The notes below the pieces were generated by a model. It saw only the letters and a list, made by a program, of their open reading frames with translations, did no database searches and was not told the DNA's origin. A program made the position numbers and the translations under genes. This document shows positions 39,899-48,470 of a stretch of DNA of 64,000 nucleotides, piece by piece. The DNA comes from a virus. Taxonomy: Duplodnaviria; Caudoviricetes. Within the stretch, counting starts at the first letter, position 1, and every line of letters starts with the position of its first letter. The stretch is taken from the IMG/VR virus record IMGVR_UViG_3300033066_001283, positions 86,264 through 150,263 of that record. The stretch is one strand, 5' to 3'.

Positions 39899-40164
39899 TG
39901 CCACTACTCATTCAAGTGTTCAGGAAGGGGCAGAATGAGCCCCTTGCCTTGCAGGATGTTGATATGGAGGTGAGAAATCACTTCCAATATCACAAGGACC
40001 AAGAGACAAAGTTTATTTGTAGTTGGCCCTCAACTCTCACATATAGGCTTGCATTCAAGCCTATGGATGAGGTACTATCTGATCTAAGAGCAGACGGATT
40101 AGTCACAGTCGCTGAGGTATGTGAGTATATCAGCGATAATTATGACATCAGAGTATGGAGGTAA
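39898..40164 (+). CDS. Hypothetical protein
   Basis: Start revised to ATG 39898 after GGAGG. Confidence 0.55.
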   Translation: MPLLIQVFRKGQNEPLALQDVDMEVRNHFQYHKDQETKFICSWPSTLTYRLAFKPMDEVLSDLRADGLVTVAEVCEYISDNYDIRVWR

Positions 40165-40167
40165 ATC

Positions 40168-40485
40168 ATGTGGAAATTGATCAGGATTGAGCTAGGTAGT
40201 CGAAAGACTGTCCTGCTCAAGAAGCAGTTCGCTACTGAGAGAGATGCTCAGAAGCATGCCAATCGACTCAATGGTATGTATGCCCATCGCTATGGTGATG
40301 GGTTCTACCATGTACAACTCCTATCCCCTTCTCAGTGGAGAGAGCCACAAGTGGTGAAGACCAAGTGGTTCATCGGAGATAAGACAGGGCAGATAATCGC
40401 CTCATTTGATCAGGAAGAGAAAGCTACCCAGTTCTTAGATGATAACTGGGAACAGGACTGGACCAAATGGCAGGGCCCAGCCTAG
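40168..40485 (+). CDS. Hypothetical protein
   Basis: GGAGG RBS. Confidence 0.55.
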   Translation: MWKLIRIELGSRKTVLLKKQFATERDAQKHANRLNGMYAHRYGDGFYHVQLLSPSQWREPQVVKTKWFIGDKTGQIIASFDQEEKATQFLDDNWEQDWTKWQGPA

Positions 40486-40586
40486 CATCACTGTTCTATT
40501 CCCCTACTGGATTAGCCTCCGGTAGGGGAACGCCTGCCGTGGATTGCCGCCTAGGTGGTGATACCAAGTTGTAGGAGATTACAAAT

Positions 40587-40826
40587 ATGAAACAGCCTAT
40601 CGTAATTACAGCAGAGCGCAAAGCCGAACTGAAGAGGATTGTCAAGCGGGCAATCGAGACCGGAGCTACGAGCTTCACCGTGAACAGCCCAGCAGAATGG
40701 ACGTTCTGCGTGCGTGCTATCCAACACGAGCGGTCTAAGGGGCAGTACATCCCCAATAAGCAGATCCTTACCCGGACACAGCTCCGGGATGACGCGCTCG
40801 AAGACTTCGATTACAATCCAAGCTAG
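40587..40826 (+). CDS. Early hypothetical protein
   Basis: TTGTAGGAG RBS. Confidence 0.55.
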   Translation: MKQPIVITAERKAELKRIVKRAIETGATSFTVNSPAEWTFCVRAIQHERSKGQYIPNKQILTRTQLRDDALEDFDYNPS

Positions 40827-40998
40827 TGCGTGTTCGGGGCCAACCTAACGGTTGGCCCCCCTTTTCTTGTGGCCTAACAAACCTCCGGTAGACTGCCTGT
40901 TTGGTAGTTTTGGGGCTAATTACGCTCTTGTGTGGTGTTGCCACATTGGGCACGGCCTGAGGTTTGGGGTGTTAGTGCCCCCATTGTAGGAAGGTAAT

Positions 40999-41346
40999 AT
41001 GCTGAAAATTATCAAGAATCGACGTGTGCGTACAGCACCAGTGACCAAGCCCGTAAAGCTTACCACTACAGACGAGTTTGATGCTCTAATGAGCAGACTT
41101 GAGGAGCTTTCTAAGCAACTTGTTATGCCTGCTTCCCCGAAGAACCTCACTCCTGAAGATATCAGGGAAGGGACTAAGAAGATGATGATCGGAACTCTGT
41201 TCATTACAGAGATGGAAGGCAATACGCAGGAAGAGCAGATTGCCATGTTCATCAGAATTCGCTCTCAGCTAGTTCCGTATGAGCTTGACTGGTTCAGGCT
41301 CGGAGCTGAGGCGATCATGGAATACAGACGGCTATGTTCGGCCTAG
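40999..41346 (+). CDS. Early hypothetical protein
   Basis: TTGTAGGAAGGTA RBS. Confidence 0.55.
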   Translation: MLKIIKNRRVRTAPVTKPVKLTTTDEFDALMSRLEELSKQLVMPASPKNLTPEDIREGTKKMMIGTLFITEMEGNTQEEQIAMFIRIRSQLVPYELDWFRLGAEAIMEYRRLCSA

Positions 41347-41531
41347 GACGACCTGTAGACAGACGTGGAGAGTATTCACGTCCACTGACAATCAAAGAAT
41401 GTGAAGAACTGATGGCATTCTTTGAGTTGGCTCTACAGCAAACTGGCATGCCACAGTTCTGGTATGCCCTTGCCAAGAAGAAGAGGGATGAGGTTATAGA
41501 GGCCTACTCCCACTTAATGGAGGCACAATGA
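41334..41531 (+). CDS. Hypothetical protein
   Basis: Overlapping operon ORF. Confidence 0.45.
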   Translation: MFGLGRPVDRRGEYSRPLTIKECEELMAFFELALQQTGMPQFWYALAKKKRDEVIEAYSHLMEAQ

Positions 41532-41893
41532 GTAGTGCAAGTCTACGAAAGACCATTAAAGAGCAGGGAACTATCTCTGTCTCTGAACTAGCGAAGGCTC
41601 AGCTTGAGAAGTTCAACGCTGAGCGAATCGGCTACATAAGGGCCGCTAAAGAGGTCCTTAAGAAAGACAGGTATTCTGAGATTTCTCAGAATGTTGAAGT
41701 AACAGTCGATGGCGAAGGACTGTTGCTAACTTTGAAGGTTCGCCCACAACCAGTCACAGAGGCTCTCATAAGAGAGATCTATGATACAATTCGAAGTGCA
41801 CAAGCAGCTGCTGATGCGGCTGCTGATGAGGGCTTAATGGAAAGAGTCCTTGACGAAAACAAGAAAATCATAGGAGCAATAAATGGCGAGTAA
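41528..41893 (+). CDS. Hypothetical protein
   Basis: GGAGG RBS. Confidence 0.55.
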   Translation: MSSASLRKTIKEQGTISVSELAKAQLEKFNAERIGYIRAAKEVLKKDRYSEISQNVEVTVDGEGLLLTLKVRPQPVTEALIREIYDTIRSAQAAADAAADEGLMERVLDENKKIIGAINGE

Positions 41894-42359
41894 ATTCATC
41901 AACCCTTCGACACTCTGGCAGAAAAAGCTGAAGAATTGCAGCACTGCTGATCAAGATGCAGCTCAGGAGATCCTCAGTGAAATCCACAGCAAGCCCCTTA
42001 CCATGCAGAAATGGGGCGATGGATCTCCACTCTTCTTCAGAAATGGCTCTACCAGCTCAAAGCATCGAGTACCATCGGTGCCAGTTCGTTACCTGATCGA
42101 AACTGGATTGGCCGGTGTTACCATCGACAATCACGTGGTGCCACTCGAGAAACCAATCGAGTACGAAACACCCGGCGTAACCAAGCCTACGACTCAACAG
42201 GAATCTTCCGTTGGAAGAGTCATCAATCTGTCTACGCAAGAAAGACAGTTCATTGAGCTATTACGAATCTTGCCATCGCACGTCAAGAAGGAGATCACGG
42301 AATACGCTAACACCGAAGCCCGCGCCTTCATGAAGGAGATTAACAGTCTATTGTGCTGA
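41883..42359 (+). CDS. Hypothetical protein
   Basis: AGGAG RBS. Confidence 0.55.
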   Translation: MASKFINPSTLWQKKLKNCSTADQDAAQEILSEIHSKPLTMQKWGDGSPLFFRNGSTSSKHRVPSVPVRYLIETGLAGVTIDNHVVPLEKPIEYETPGVTKPTTQQESSVGRVINLSTQERQFIELLRILPSHVKKEITEYANTEARAFMKEINSLLC

Positions 42360-42505
42360 GAATGGTCGGTATGACAATCTACATCATCGCGTGTGTAATC
42401 CTCGGATTCATCTGCGCGATATTATTCATCGAGCCCCTGATCAATAAGTATCAGGAGCACAAAGCAGCAAAAGCCTAAGACACTACTGTAGGAGGTAGTA
42501 AAATC

Positions 42506-45082
42506 ATGAAATTCAAATTCACGAAGAAGGTAGATCCTTCATTTGAGTACTTTGACTGGAACGGAATTAAGGTTCCGTACAGTACAAACCAGAAGCTGGT
42601 ATTGGACGGTAAGGAGACAGTTCCTGATAAGCCACATATTAGCTACCTGAAACGTGGCAACATCCAAGCAGCCTGCGTTAGCATGGCTCGTGAAGCCCTT
42701 ATCCTATTGATGGGGGAAATGACATTTCAAGTAAGAGGATGGGATGCTCCAACAGCAGTCTCAGCCTCAGTTCCAGAAGGAGCCATTTATCTTGACAAGC
42801 GTGGCGTTCCAGTAGTCAATGAAGACTGGGGCGATCAGCACGCACTTGATGCTGATGGAGATAGGTGCTCCATCCATCGGCATAAGGATAATCCAGGACA
42901 AGCTGTACTGGTGAAATATCCTGTTACCAGCACCCCAATCACTGGTCTTATCTCCAAAGATGGCATCTTGGAGAAATTCACTGGCCTTACAGTGGAAGAT
43001 AGTCAGAAGCTGATATCTCAGTACAATACTTCAGGTGAAGTGTATGGAATTCCAGGTGATGGAATCAGTGTCGAGTTCGGCAAGAATACTCCTTATCAAG
43101 AGGAGAAGTTCTTCCTGAAGGGGCATACACCAGCACCGGTAGGCCTACTCACCAATGGCTGGAATACTTACGAGCTAGATAAAGCTCAAGCCAAGCGTGG
43201 ATGGTCTAGGAAGATTGACAGCATGTTCAATAACTATCAGAGATATGAAGATATTGAACTGGGCGGTCTGAAGGCTGCGCGTAAGGATGAAGCATCACTA
43301 GCAGACAGTGACATCACTAAGCTTGATTATGCCCTTGCATATCAGCATGCTTGGGCATTGACTGGCACAGGTAGACTTGCAGGTTTAAGTGAGCAGGCTC
43401 TTGAATGGTTCCCAGCTCTTGATGAGAAGGGCCTTAAGCAGGTGCTTACTGACATCAGCAAACTGAATGTGGATTTCAGGAAGAGAGAAGAGAATGATTT
43501 CGAGCGTCGTAAACCTACGCTACGAACATCTCCATTCCTGAAGAAGCTTTTGCCTGCCAGGTACTACTATAAGGGCAAGCTGATTGAGAACCCAGATCAT
43601 ATAACTAAAGGTGGACTGATAAAGTTCTATGAACTAAAGGCTATGCCTGGAGCTCCATCTGCAGTGGTAATCTGGCTTCAGAGACCAGAAGGCATCCCAG
43701 TTGCTCTTACGGACGTGAAACGTAAGGATCACGATCCAGAAGGCTTAGGCTTTGCATACGTTCTTTATCCTGTCTGGGATAACAGAGAACTCTACAGCAA
43801 TGACAAGACTGGCGATCAAAGTCTAATGGTCAGTGCCAAATCATGCTGGGTGCATCCTATCGACCATCTCGAGAAGTGCCTACGTCAGTTCGACAATAAG
43901 GTGATCAATCCTGAAAATGGCGTAGTAGTTTCAAGATTCCCTGAATCCTGGGAAGAGTGGAACTGGCCAAGCAGAGCAGGCAAGATCAAGAGACTGCAGA
44001 AGTTCCTCACTGACTATTGTGGCGAGTATGGTGACGTAGTAAACTGCACCATGCGTAATCGACGTCCTGAGCTACTTGAGCATAATGTCAAGTTCGCAAG
44101 AGCTTCAGCAGTGATCGATTATGGTGGAATAGAACTTACACCAGAGCAAATGTGGAAGATTGCATCTAAAGCGTCTTCTAAGCTACGACTCTGCTTAGGT
44201 GGCAATAAGCAGACCAAGAGTCACGTCAGGAAATACTGTATTGCTGATGAATCTGGTACACCTGCATGGGGAGCGTTTAAGACTAAATGCCATCCAGCTA
44301 GGCAGGGAAAGCAAAGAGCACAGCTTGTGCATGCACTGAAGGAAGTGAGAATGCGTGTGGCAATTGTCAACTGCAACACTCTCACTCAATGCTTCATCAC
44401 ACCCTCTGGTATTGAGAAACAAACCACATCATCAGGATTCCTGCCAATGTGTCTCAACTCACTAGGAGACGCTCAAGCATATCTGGACAGTCTCACTGAT
44501 CTGGAGAAGGCTAATATGCCTGATAACTTCTTGAAGGGAACCGAGTTTACAACTTGGACTGGACAGAAGGTAACAGTCTGGGTAGTAAATCCCAGAAATA
44601 CCGTTCAGGTAGGTAAGCTGATCTCAACACGAGCAGAGAAGTTCGTACCAAGAGTGATTGGGCCTGTAGTTGACCTTGATGAGTTCAATGCCAACATGGA
44701 GAATGAGCAGATCGATTTGGTCATTCCAGTCACTGAACTGATCAATAAGGGTGCACATACCAATATGCTTGAGAAGTGCACCGAACATATGATTCACTTC
44801 AAGTCATATGTGTCTGAAGATCTCACTCAGCTAGGTGATATCACCATTCCAGCAATGGTTGGAGAATTCATCTACTTCAGAAGTGGTGCTCACTCAGAGA
44901 ATACACCACCACGATGGCGAACATGCCGATACAAAGGAATTGATGGGCATGTAATCATTCGACAAATTGAAAAGCTCTATGGCAAAGAATGGGAACAAGA
45001 AGTGAACATTCTTCCTGCACTTGAGCTTCTTGACTCAATGAAGAAGATCATGAAACGTTGTGGCATCAAATTCAACCGCTAG
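42506..45082 (+). CDS. Putative single-subunit two-barrel RNA polymerase (candidate non-virion RNAP)
   Basis: HALDADGDRC (D115-D119, nt 42848-42862); VGLLTN; beta-like GKLISTRAEK (K704..K712, same spacing as GDKxxxRHGNKG), IDLVIP, PAMVGEFIY. Confidence 0.7.
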   Translation: MKFKFTKKVDPSFEYFDWNGIKVPYSTNQKLVLDGKETVPDKPHISYLKRGNIQAACVSMAREALILLMGEMTFQVRGWDAPTAVSASVPEGAIYLDKRGVPVVNEDWGDQHALDADGDRCSIHRHKDNPGQAVLVKYPVTSTPITGLISKDGILEKFTGLTVEDSQKLISQYNTSGEVYGIPGDGISVEFGKNTPYQEEKFFLKGHTPAPVGLLTNGWNTYELDKAQAKRGWSRKIDSMFNNYQRYEDIELGGLKAARKDEASLADSDITKLDYALAYQHAWALTGTGRLAGLSEQALEWFPALDEKGLKQVLTDISKLNVDFRKREENDFERRKPTLRTSPFLKKLLPARYYYKGKLIENPDHITKGGLIKFYELKAMPGAPSAVVIWLQRPEGIPVALTDVKRKDHDPEGLGFAYVLYPVWDNRELYSNDKTGDQSLMVSAKSCWVHPIDHLEKCLRQFDNKVINPENGVVVSRFPESWEEWNWPSRAGKIKRLQKFLTDYCGEYGDVVNCTMRNRRPELLEHNVKFARASAVIDYGGIELTPEQMWKIASKASSKLRLCLGGNKQTKSHVRKYCIADESGTPAWGAFKTKCHPARQGKQRAQLVHALKEVRMRVAIVNCNTLTQCFITPSGIEKQTTSSGFLPMCLNSLGDAQAYLDSLTDLEKANMPDNFLKGTEFTTWTGQKVTVWVVNPRNTVQVGKLISTRAEKFVPRVIGPVVDLDEFNANMENEQIDLVIPVTELINKGAHTNMLEKCTEHMIHFKSYVSEDLTQLGDITIPAMVGEFIYFRSGAHSENTPPRWRTCRYKGIDGHVIIRQIEKLYGKEWEQEVNILPALELLDSMKKIMKRCGIKFNR

Positions 45083-45182
45083 GGTTTTGTGGTTGTTTTT
45101 GGGCTCTTGTGAGCTATGTCCAATGTTTTAGTGATGAGGTTTGGGGGTAACCCCGTTAACAACAATTAGGAAACACAACATC

Positions 45183-45992
45183 ATGTCATTCAGAGAACAA
45201 TTGAAGCAGACAACTCAGATCAAGCCTGAGGTCATAGACCTCGGTATCGATCACGACGTACTTGCTACTTCTGGAAGCACACCACTTGCAGTAGCAGTCA
45301 TTCCTCTCAAGCAGAAATTCGAAGGGAAAGTCTTTGAGTATTCTACCCCTATTAAAGGGGGCGGATCTCAACGGATTCCCTACGAAGTCTGGGCCGCCAA
45401 GTTCATCGCCCTTAAAAGCCGGTCTACTAAGATGGGCGAAAAGGGCGAACCCACAACTCTCGTATACGTTGGATTCCTTGGGAAGCCAATCAAGCGAGAC
45501 GACAAAACTGGGGAACCGCTGAAGGATAAAGATGGCAAGTTCATCTATGACGACCATGACATCCCGGAAGAGATGTGCATGGAAATCGATGGTGACCTTC
45601 TTCCAAATCTATGCGAGTTTAGACTTGCATGGGGCGTCAACTTCCAAAAGAGCGCAACCAAGCGGCTTAGTGTGCCAGAGATCAAGATCGGCATGAGCAG
45701 AAATGTTCCAGCCGACCGCAAATCTGGAGACAAAGGACAAACCTATCTTAACGAAGATTGGGACGTAATCCCATTCGGTCGTGGATTGCTCCATTGGGCA
45801 CACAATCACTTGCTAGTTGGTATGGAAGATGGGAATCAGACCCTGACAACTATCTACAATTCCATTCCACAGGAAGAAGTGCGTGACAAGAATGCTGAGG
45901 GCGACTCCGTAGCTGGCGATATCATTGATCCCGAAAAGGTCAATGAGGCCGCAGACGCAGCTGAGCCAGTCGGAGTGTCAGTCGACGAGTAA
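45183..45992 (+). CDS. Hypothetical protein, possible ssDNA-binding protein
   Basis: Beta-rich, acidic C-terminal tail; follows RNAP-like gene; start revised to ATG 45183. Confidence 0.35.
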   Translation: MSFREQLKQTTQIKPEVIDLGIDHDVLATSGSTPLAVAVIPLKQKFEGKVFEYSTPIKGGGSQRIPYEVWAAKFIALKSRSTKMGEKGEPTTLVYVGFLGKPIKRDDKTGEPLKDKDGKFIYDDHDIPEEMCMEIDGDLLPNLCEFRLAWGVNFQKSATKRLSVPEIKIGMSRNVPADRKSGDKGQTYLNEDWDVIPFGRGLLHWAHNHLLVGMEDGNQTLTTIYNSIPQEEVRDKNAEGDSVAGDIIDPEKVNEAADAAEPVGVSVDE

Positions 45993-46430
45993 GTGAAGAG
46001 GAATGGGGAAGTTCGAAAGGGCTCTCCCAAGCATCAGCAACTCAAACAGCAAACGAAACAGATGCACAAAACGATACCGGTCTAGGATAGGTATCGGGGA
46101 AGGGAAGTGTCTAGGATACAACCCTTCCCAAAAAATTTCTTATCGCTCGAAATCTAATTGCTAGGCAATGAAATTAAGAGTGATGAGGAATGGGAGTACA
46201 GCAAGTGGATGCTCGAAAGACCGTCTGACTTGTGTCTTACTCTCTTACTTTTGCCTGTACAGAGTCGAAGGAGAAATCCGGAGCAAAACAGGCCTGGAAG
46301 CCATCAGAGAAAGCAGGTTAACATAGATCTAGGCGGAGAGACCCCGCTAGGGCAGCAATGCCCTAAAGACGACCACGTGCGTCCCAGGATCCTTAAGATT
46401 TTTACCCCGTCCAACACAAGCAGAGCCATA

Positions 46431-46456
46431 GGGGAGCAATACGCTCCCCACTTTTT
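46431..46456 (+). terminator. Intrinsic terminator
   Basis: GGGGAGC aatac GCTCCCC a CTTTTT. Confidence 0.7.
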
Positions 46457-46459
46457 CGA

Positions 46460-46550
46460 TTTCTACCTTCACTACCTCCTACAACAGTGACACGGTAGGG
46501 GGTCAGGCAACTGGCCCCAACCAATTTCAGGGTGCAATCCCACCTATCGT
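46460..46550 (+). ncRNA. Candidate small RNA presenting an anti-RBS loop
   Basis: TCACT-ACCTCCTACAAC-AGTGA hairpin, then GGGGTCAG gcaa CTGGCCCC and GGG tgcaat CCC. Confidence 0.55.
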
Positions 46551-47048
46551 AGATCCTCTCCCCAAAAGAAGAAACACGCACCCTGATTCAATTTCCGGCC
46601 AGCAATGGACGGAGAGTACTCTAACAGGAAATCCCTGGTATGAACTGTTAGAAGAATAATATCAGGGCAAAGGACCCATGTGATAGAGACCTTGTGGTGA
46701 TGAAATGGGATTAAACCACAAACTTGGCCAAGGTTGAATGGTCTTAACAAGATGCTAAGTCAACAATACGCTCTTGGGATTTAATGTTGATTTCCAACAC
46801 AGCCTGCTGCACTGCAAAGTGTCTCAGGTCCTTGCGGAAGCAGGAACATATGCAAACTCACACTGTGAACTGAGTAAGCGGGCTTCTCTTTTGCGTCGAG
46901 CGAGAGGAAGCTGACTCAACATAGTTGAAGAAGCGAGATGACTAAATCACAGGCTTAAGATCGGTATCCTTTCGGGATGCTTTAGTCAAGAAGAAGTGAC
47001 GAATTATTCTGTCTGAGCGAAGAATCAACTGATGGTTGCGGGATCTAC
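46549..47048 (+). ncRNA. Candidate ~500-nt structured non-coding RNA
   Basis: Closing helix GTAGATCC/GGATCTAC, many nested stems, crossing helices, no credible ORF. Confidence 0.5.
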
Positions 47049-47348
47049 CCTATTTAAATCTCGAATCATTTTTGGCGCCAATACGCCCTTAGTCTGGAAA
47101 TCTGAGGGATCAATCAAACTGGTAATTTCCAACTACTAGGAGTACACAGAATGGTGTGTACTCAGCGCCATCAGAGCAATTGCCGAAGCTCTGGAGTTGA
47201 ACATACGTAATACATGTGCATGTCTAAATACAGGTATGTACTGGGTAGTCAAACCGAGAAAATATTGAGAGGCGTTTTAACCAATAACGTAGTTTCAGTC
47301 ATGACTGAAACTGGATGTGTTCAACTTACCCTATTTCCAATCAAAGCC

Positions 47349-48101
47349 ATGAAACTAATACTTGCCAGTATAATGATCGTTTCTGTTGCCCACGCAAATT
47401 CCTTTGGGAAAATCATGTGCGTAGGTGACTCACTAACTGCAGGTGGTGCTAATCCACCAGCATATAGACAGGAGCTGTTCAATTTACTGACAAGCGGGTT
47501 AGATACTTTCCAATTCGTTGGCCCAAATGACTGGGGCTACTTTGGATCAGTACATGCTAACATTCATGCAGGTTTCGGTGGATGGAGTAGTTACCAATTG
47601 TGTAATGGTAACACATTATCTCCTTCTTCTGGTAAATTATCTGATTGGTTGAGTTTCGCTCCCAATACAGTAATACTCATGTGTGGTACCAATGATTACT
47701 GGGATAATTATTCCGGCATTGGCTACTGGGATACAGTTTCACAGAATAACCTTTGGAATAACATGGTTCCAAGGTACACAAATCTACTGAATCAAGTATT
47801 CAGTAGCGGTGCTTCGCTTGTCGTCTTTGTTGCTCCACCAAAGTATCTTGCTGATAATTATGGGCCGAGATATGAGTATCTCCATCAATTATCAGTAGTT
47901 GTAAAGAGTGTTTATACGACATTCTATCAACAACGTAAGAACATCAAGTTCGTTGATCTATGGTCAGTAGCATCTGATCAACTTGGAGTCGACCTAGGTT
48001 CTGATAACATTCACTGGAACAATAATGGTGCTAAGAAAGCAGCAACATGTATTTATGGTGGGATGAAAAGAACATTAGGGATGAGGATAGAGACACAATG
48101 A
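47349..48101 (+). CDS. Secreted SGNH/GDSL hydrolase (esterase)
   Basis: Signal peptide MKLILASIMIVSVAHA, GDSLT, MCGTND, DNIHWN; start revised to 47349. Confidence 0.85.
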   Translation: MKLILASIMIVSVAHANSFGKIMCVGDSLTAGGANPPAYRQELFNLLTSGLDTFQFVGPNDWGYFGSVHANIHAGFGGWSSYQLCNGNTLSPSSGKLSDWLSFAPNTVILMCGTNDYWDNYSGIGYWDTVSQNNLWNNMVPRYTNLLNQVFSSGASLVVFVAPPKYLADNYGPRYEYLHQLSVVVKSVYTTFYQQRKNIKFVDLWSVASDQLGVDLGSDNIHWNNNGAKKAATCIYGGMKRTLGMRIETQ

Positions 48102-48283
48102 TTATCTACTCAGTTATTTCCTTTTGCATCTTTATTCTTATCCATCTCTGGGAAGTGGATAATAATGAAGACTATGGAAACGCACAAGTGGCACTACTCT
48201 TCATTTTCGCTCTCCTCTGGCCCTTTATAGTCATCTCAGCAATACTAGGCTGGTATAAAACCAAGAAAGAAGCCCTAATTTAG
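48098..48283 (+). CDS. Small two-TM membrane protein
   Basis: Hydrophobic helices, ALLWPF motif; start revised to the in-frame ATG. Confidence 0.45.
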   Translation: MIIYSVISFCIFILIHLWEVDNNEDYGNAQVALLFIFALLWPFIVISAILGWYKTKKEALI

Positions 48284-48298
48284 ACTCATGACAATTTT

Positions 48299-48394
48299 GG
48301 CAGTACCACCAGGGAGTTTGGCAGGCCTGGCTCCGCCTCATAAGCGGTTTCGATTTATTCGACGTTATTGGTTCGATTCCAATTGCTGCCACCA
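48299..48394 (+). tRNA. Atypical tRNA with CAU anticodon (Met/Ile2-like), 96 nt
   Basis: Acceptor GGCAGTA/TGCTGCC-A-CCA, anticodon arm CCGC-CTCATAA-GCGG, T arm ATTGG-TTCGATT-CCAAT; enlarged D arm and long variable arm. Confidence 0.75.
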
Positions 48395-48470
48395 AAGATT
48401 GCACCATTGCCTTACCCCCTACGGGTTGGGATAGATATCCTTTGGTGCAATACAATTTGTGGTGAATCTA

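Noticed and set aside
46158-46750. ORFs 46158..46490 (+) and 46544..46750 (-)
   Set aside because: Weak starts, no RBS; the + ORF crosses a terminator, and both overlap dense RNA structure
46549-47048. Firm call as group I intron, tmRNA or RNase P RNA
   Set aside because: No exons or canonical J8/7, no tRNA-like CCA end or tag ORF, no GAGGAAAGUCC; kept only as an unidentified ncRNA candidate
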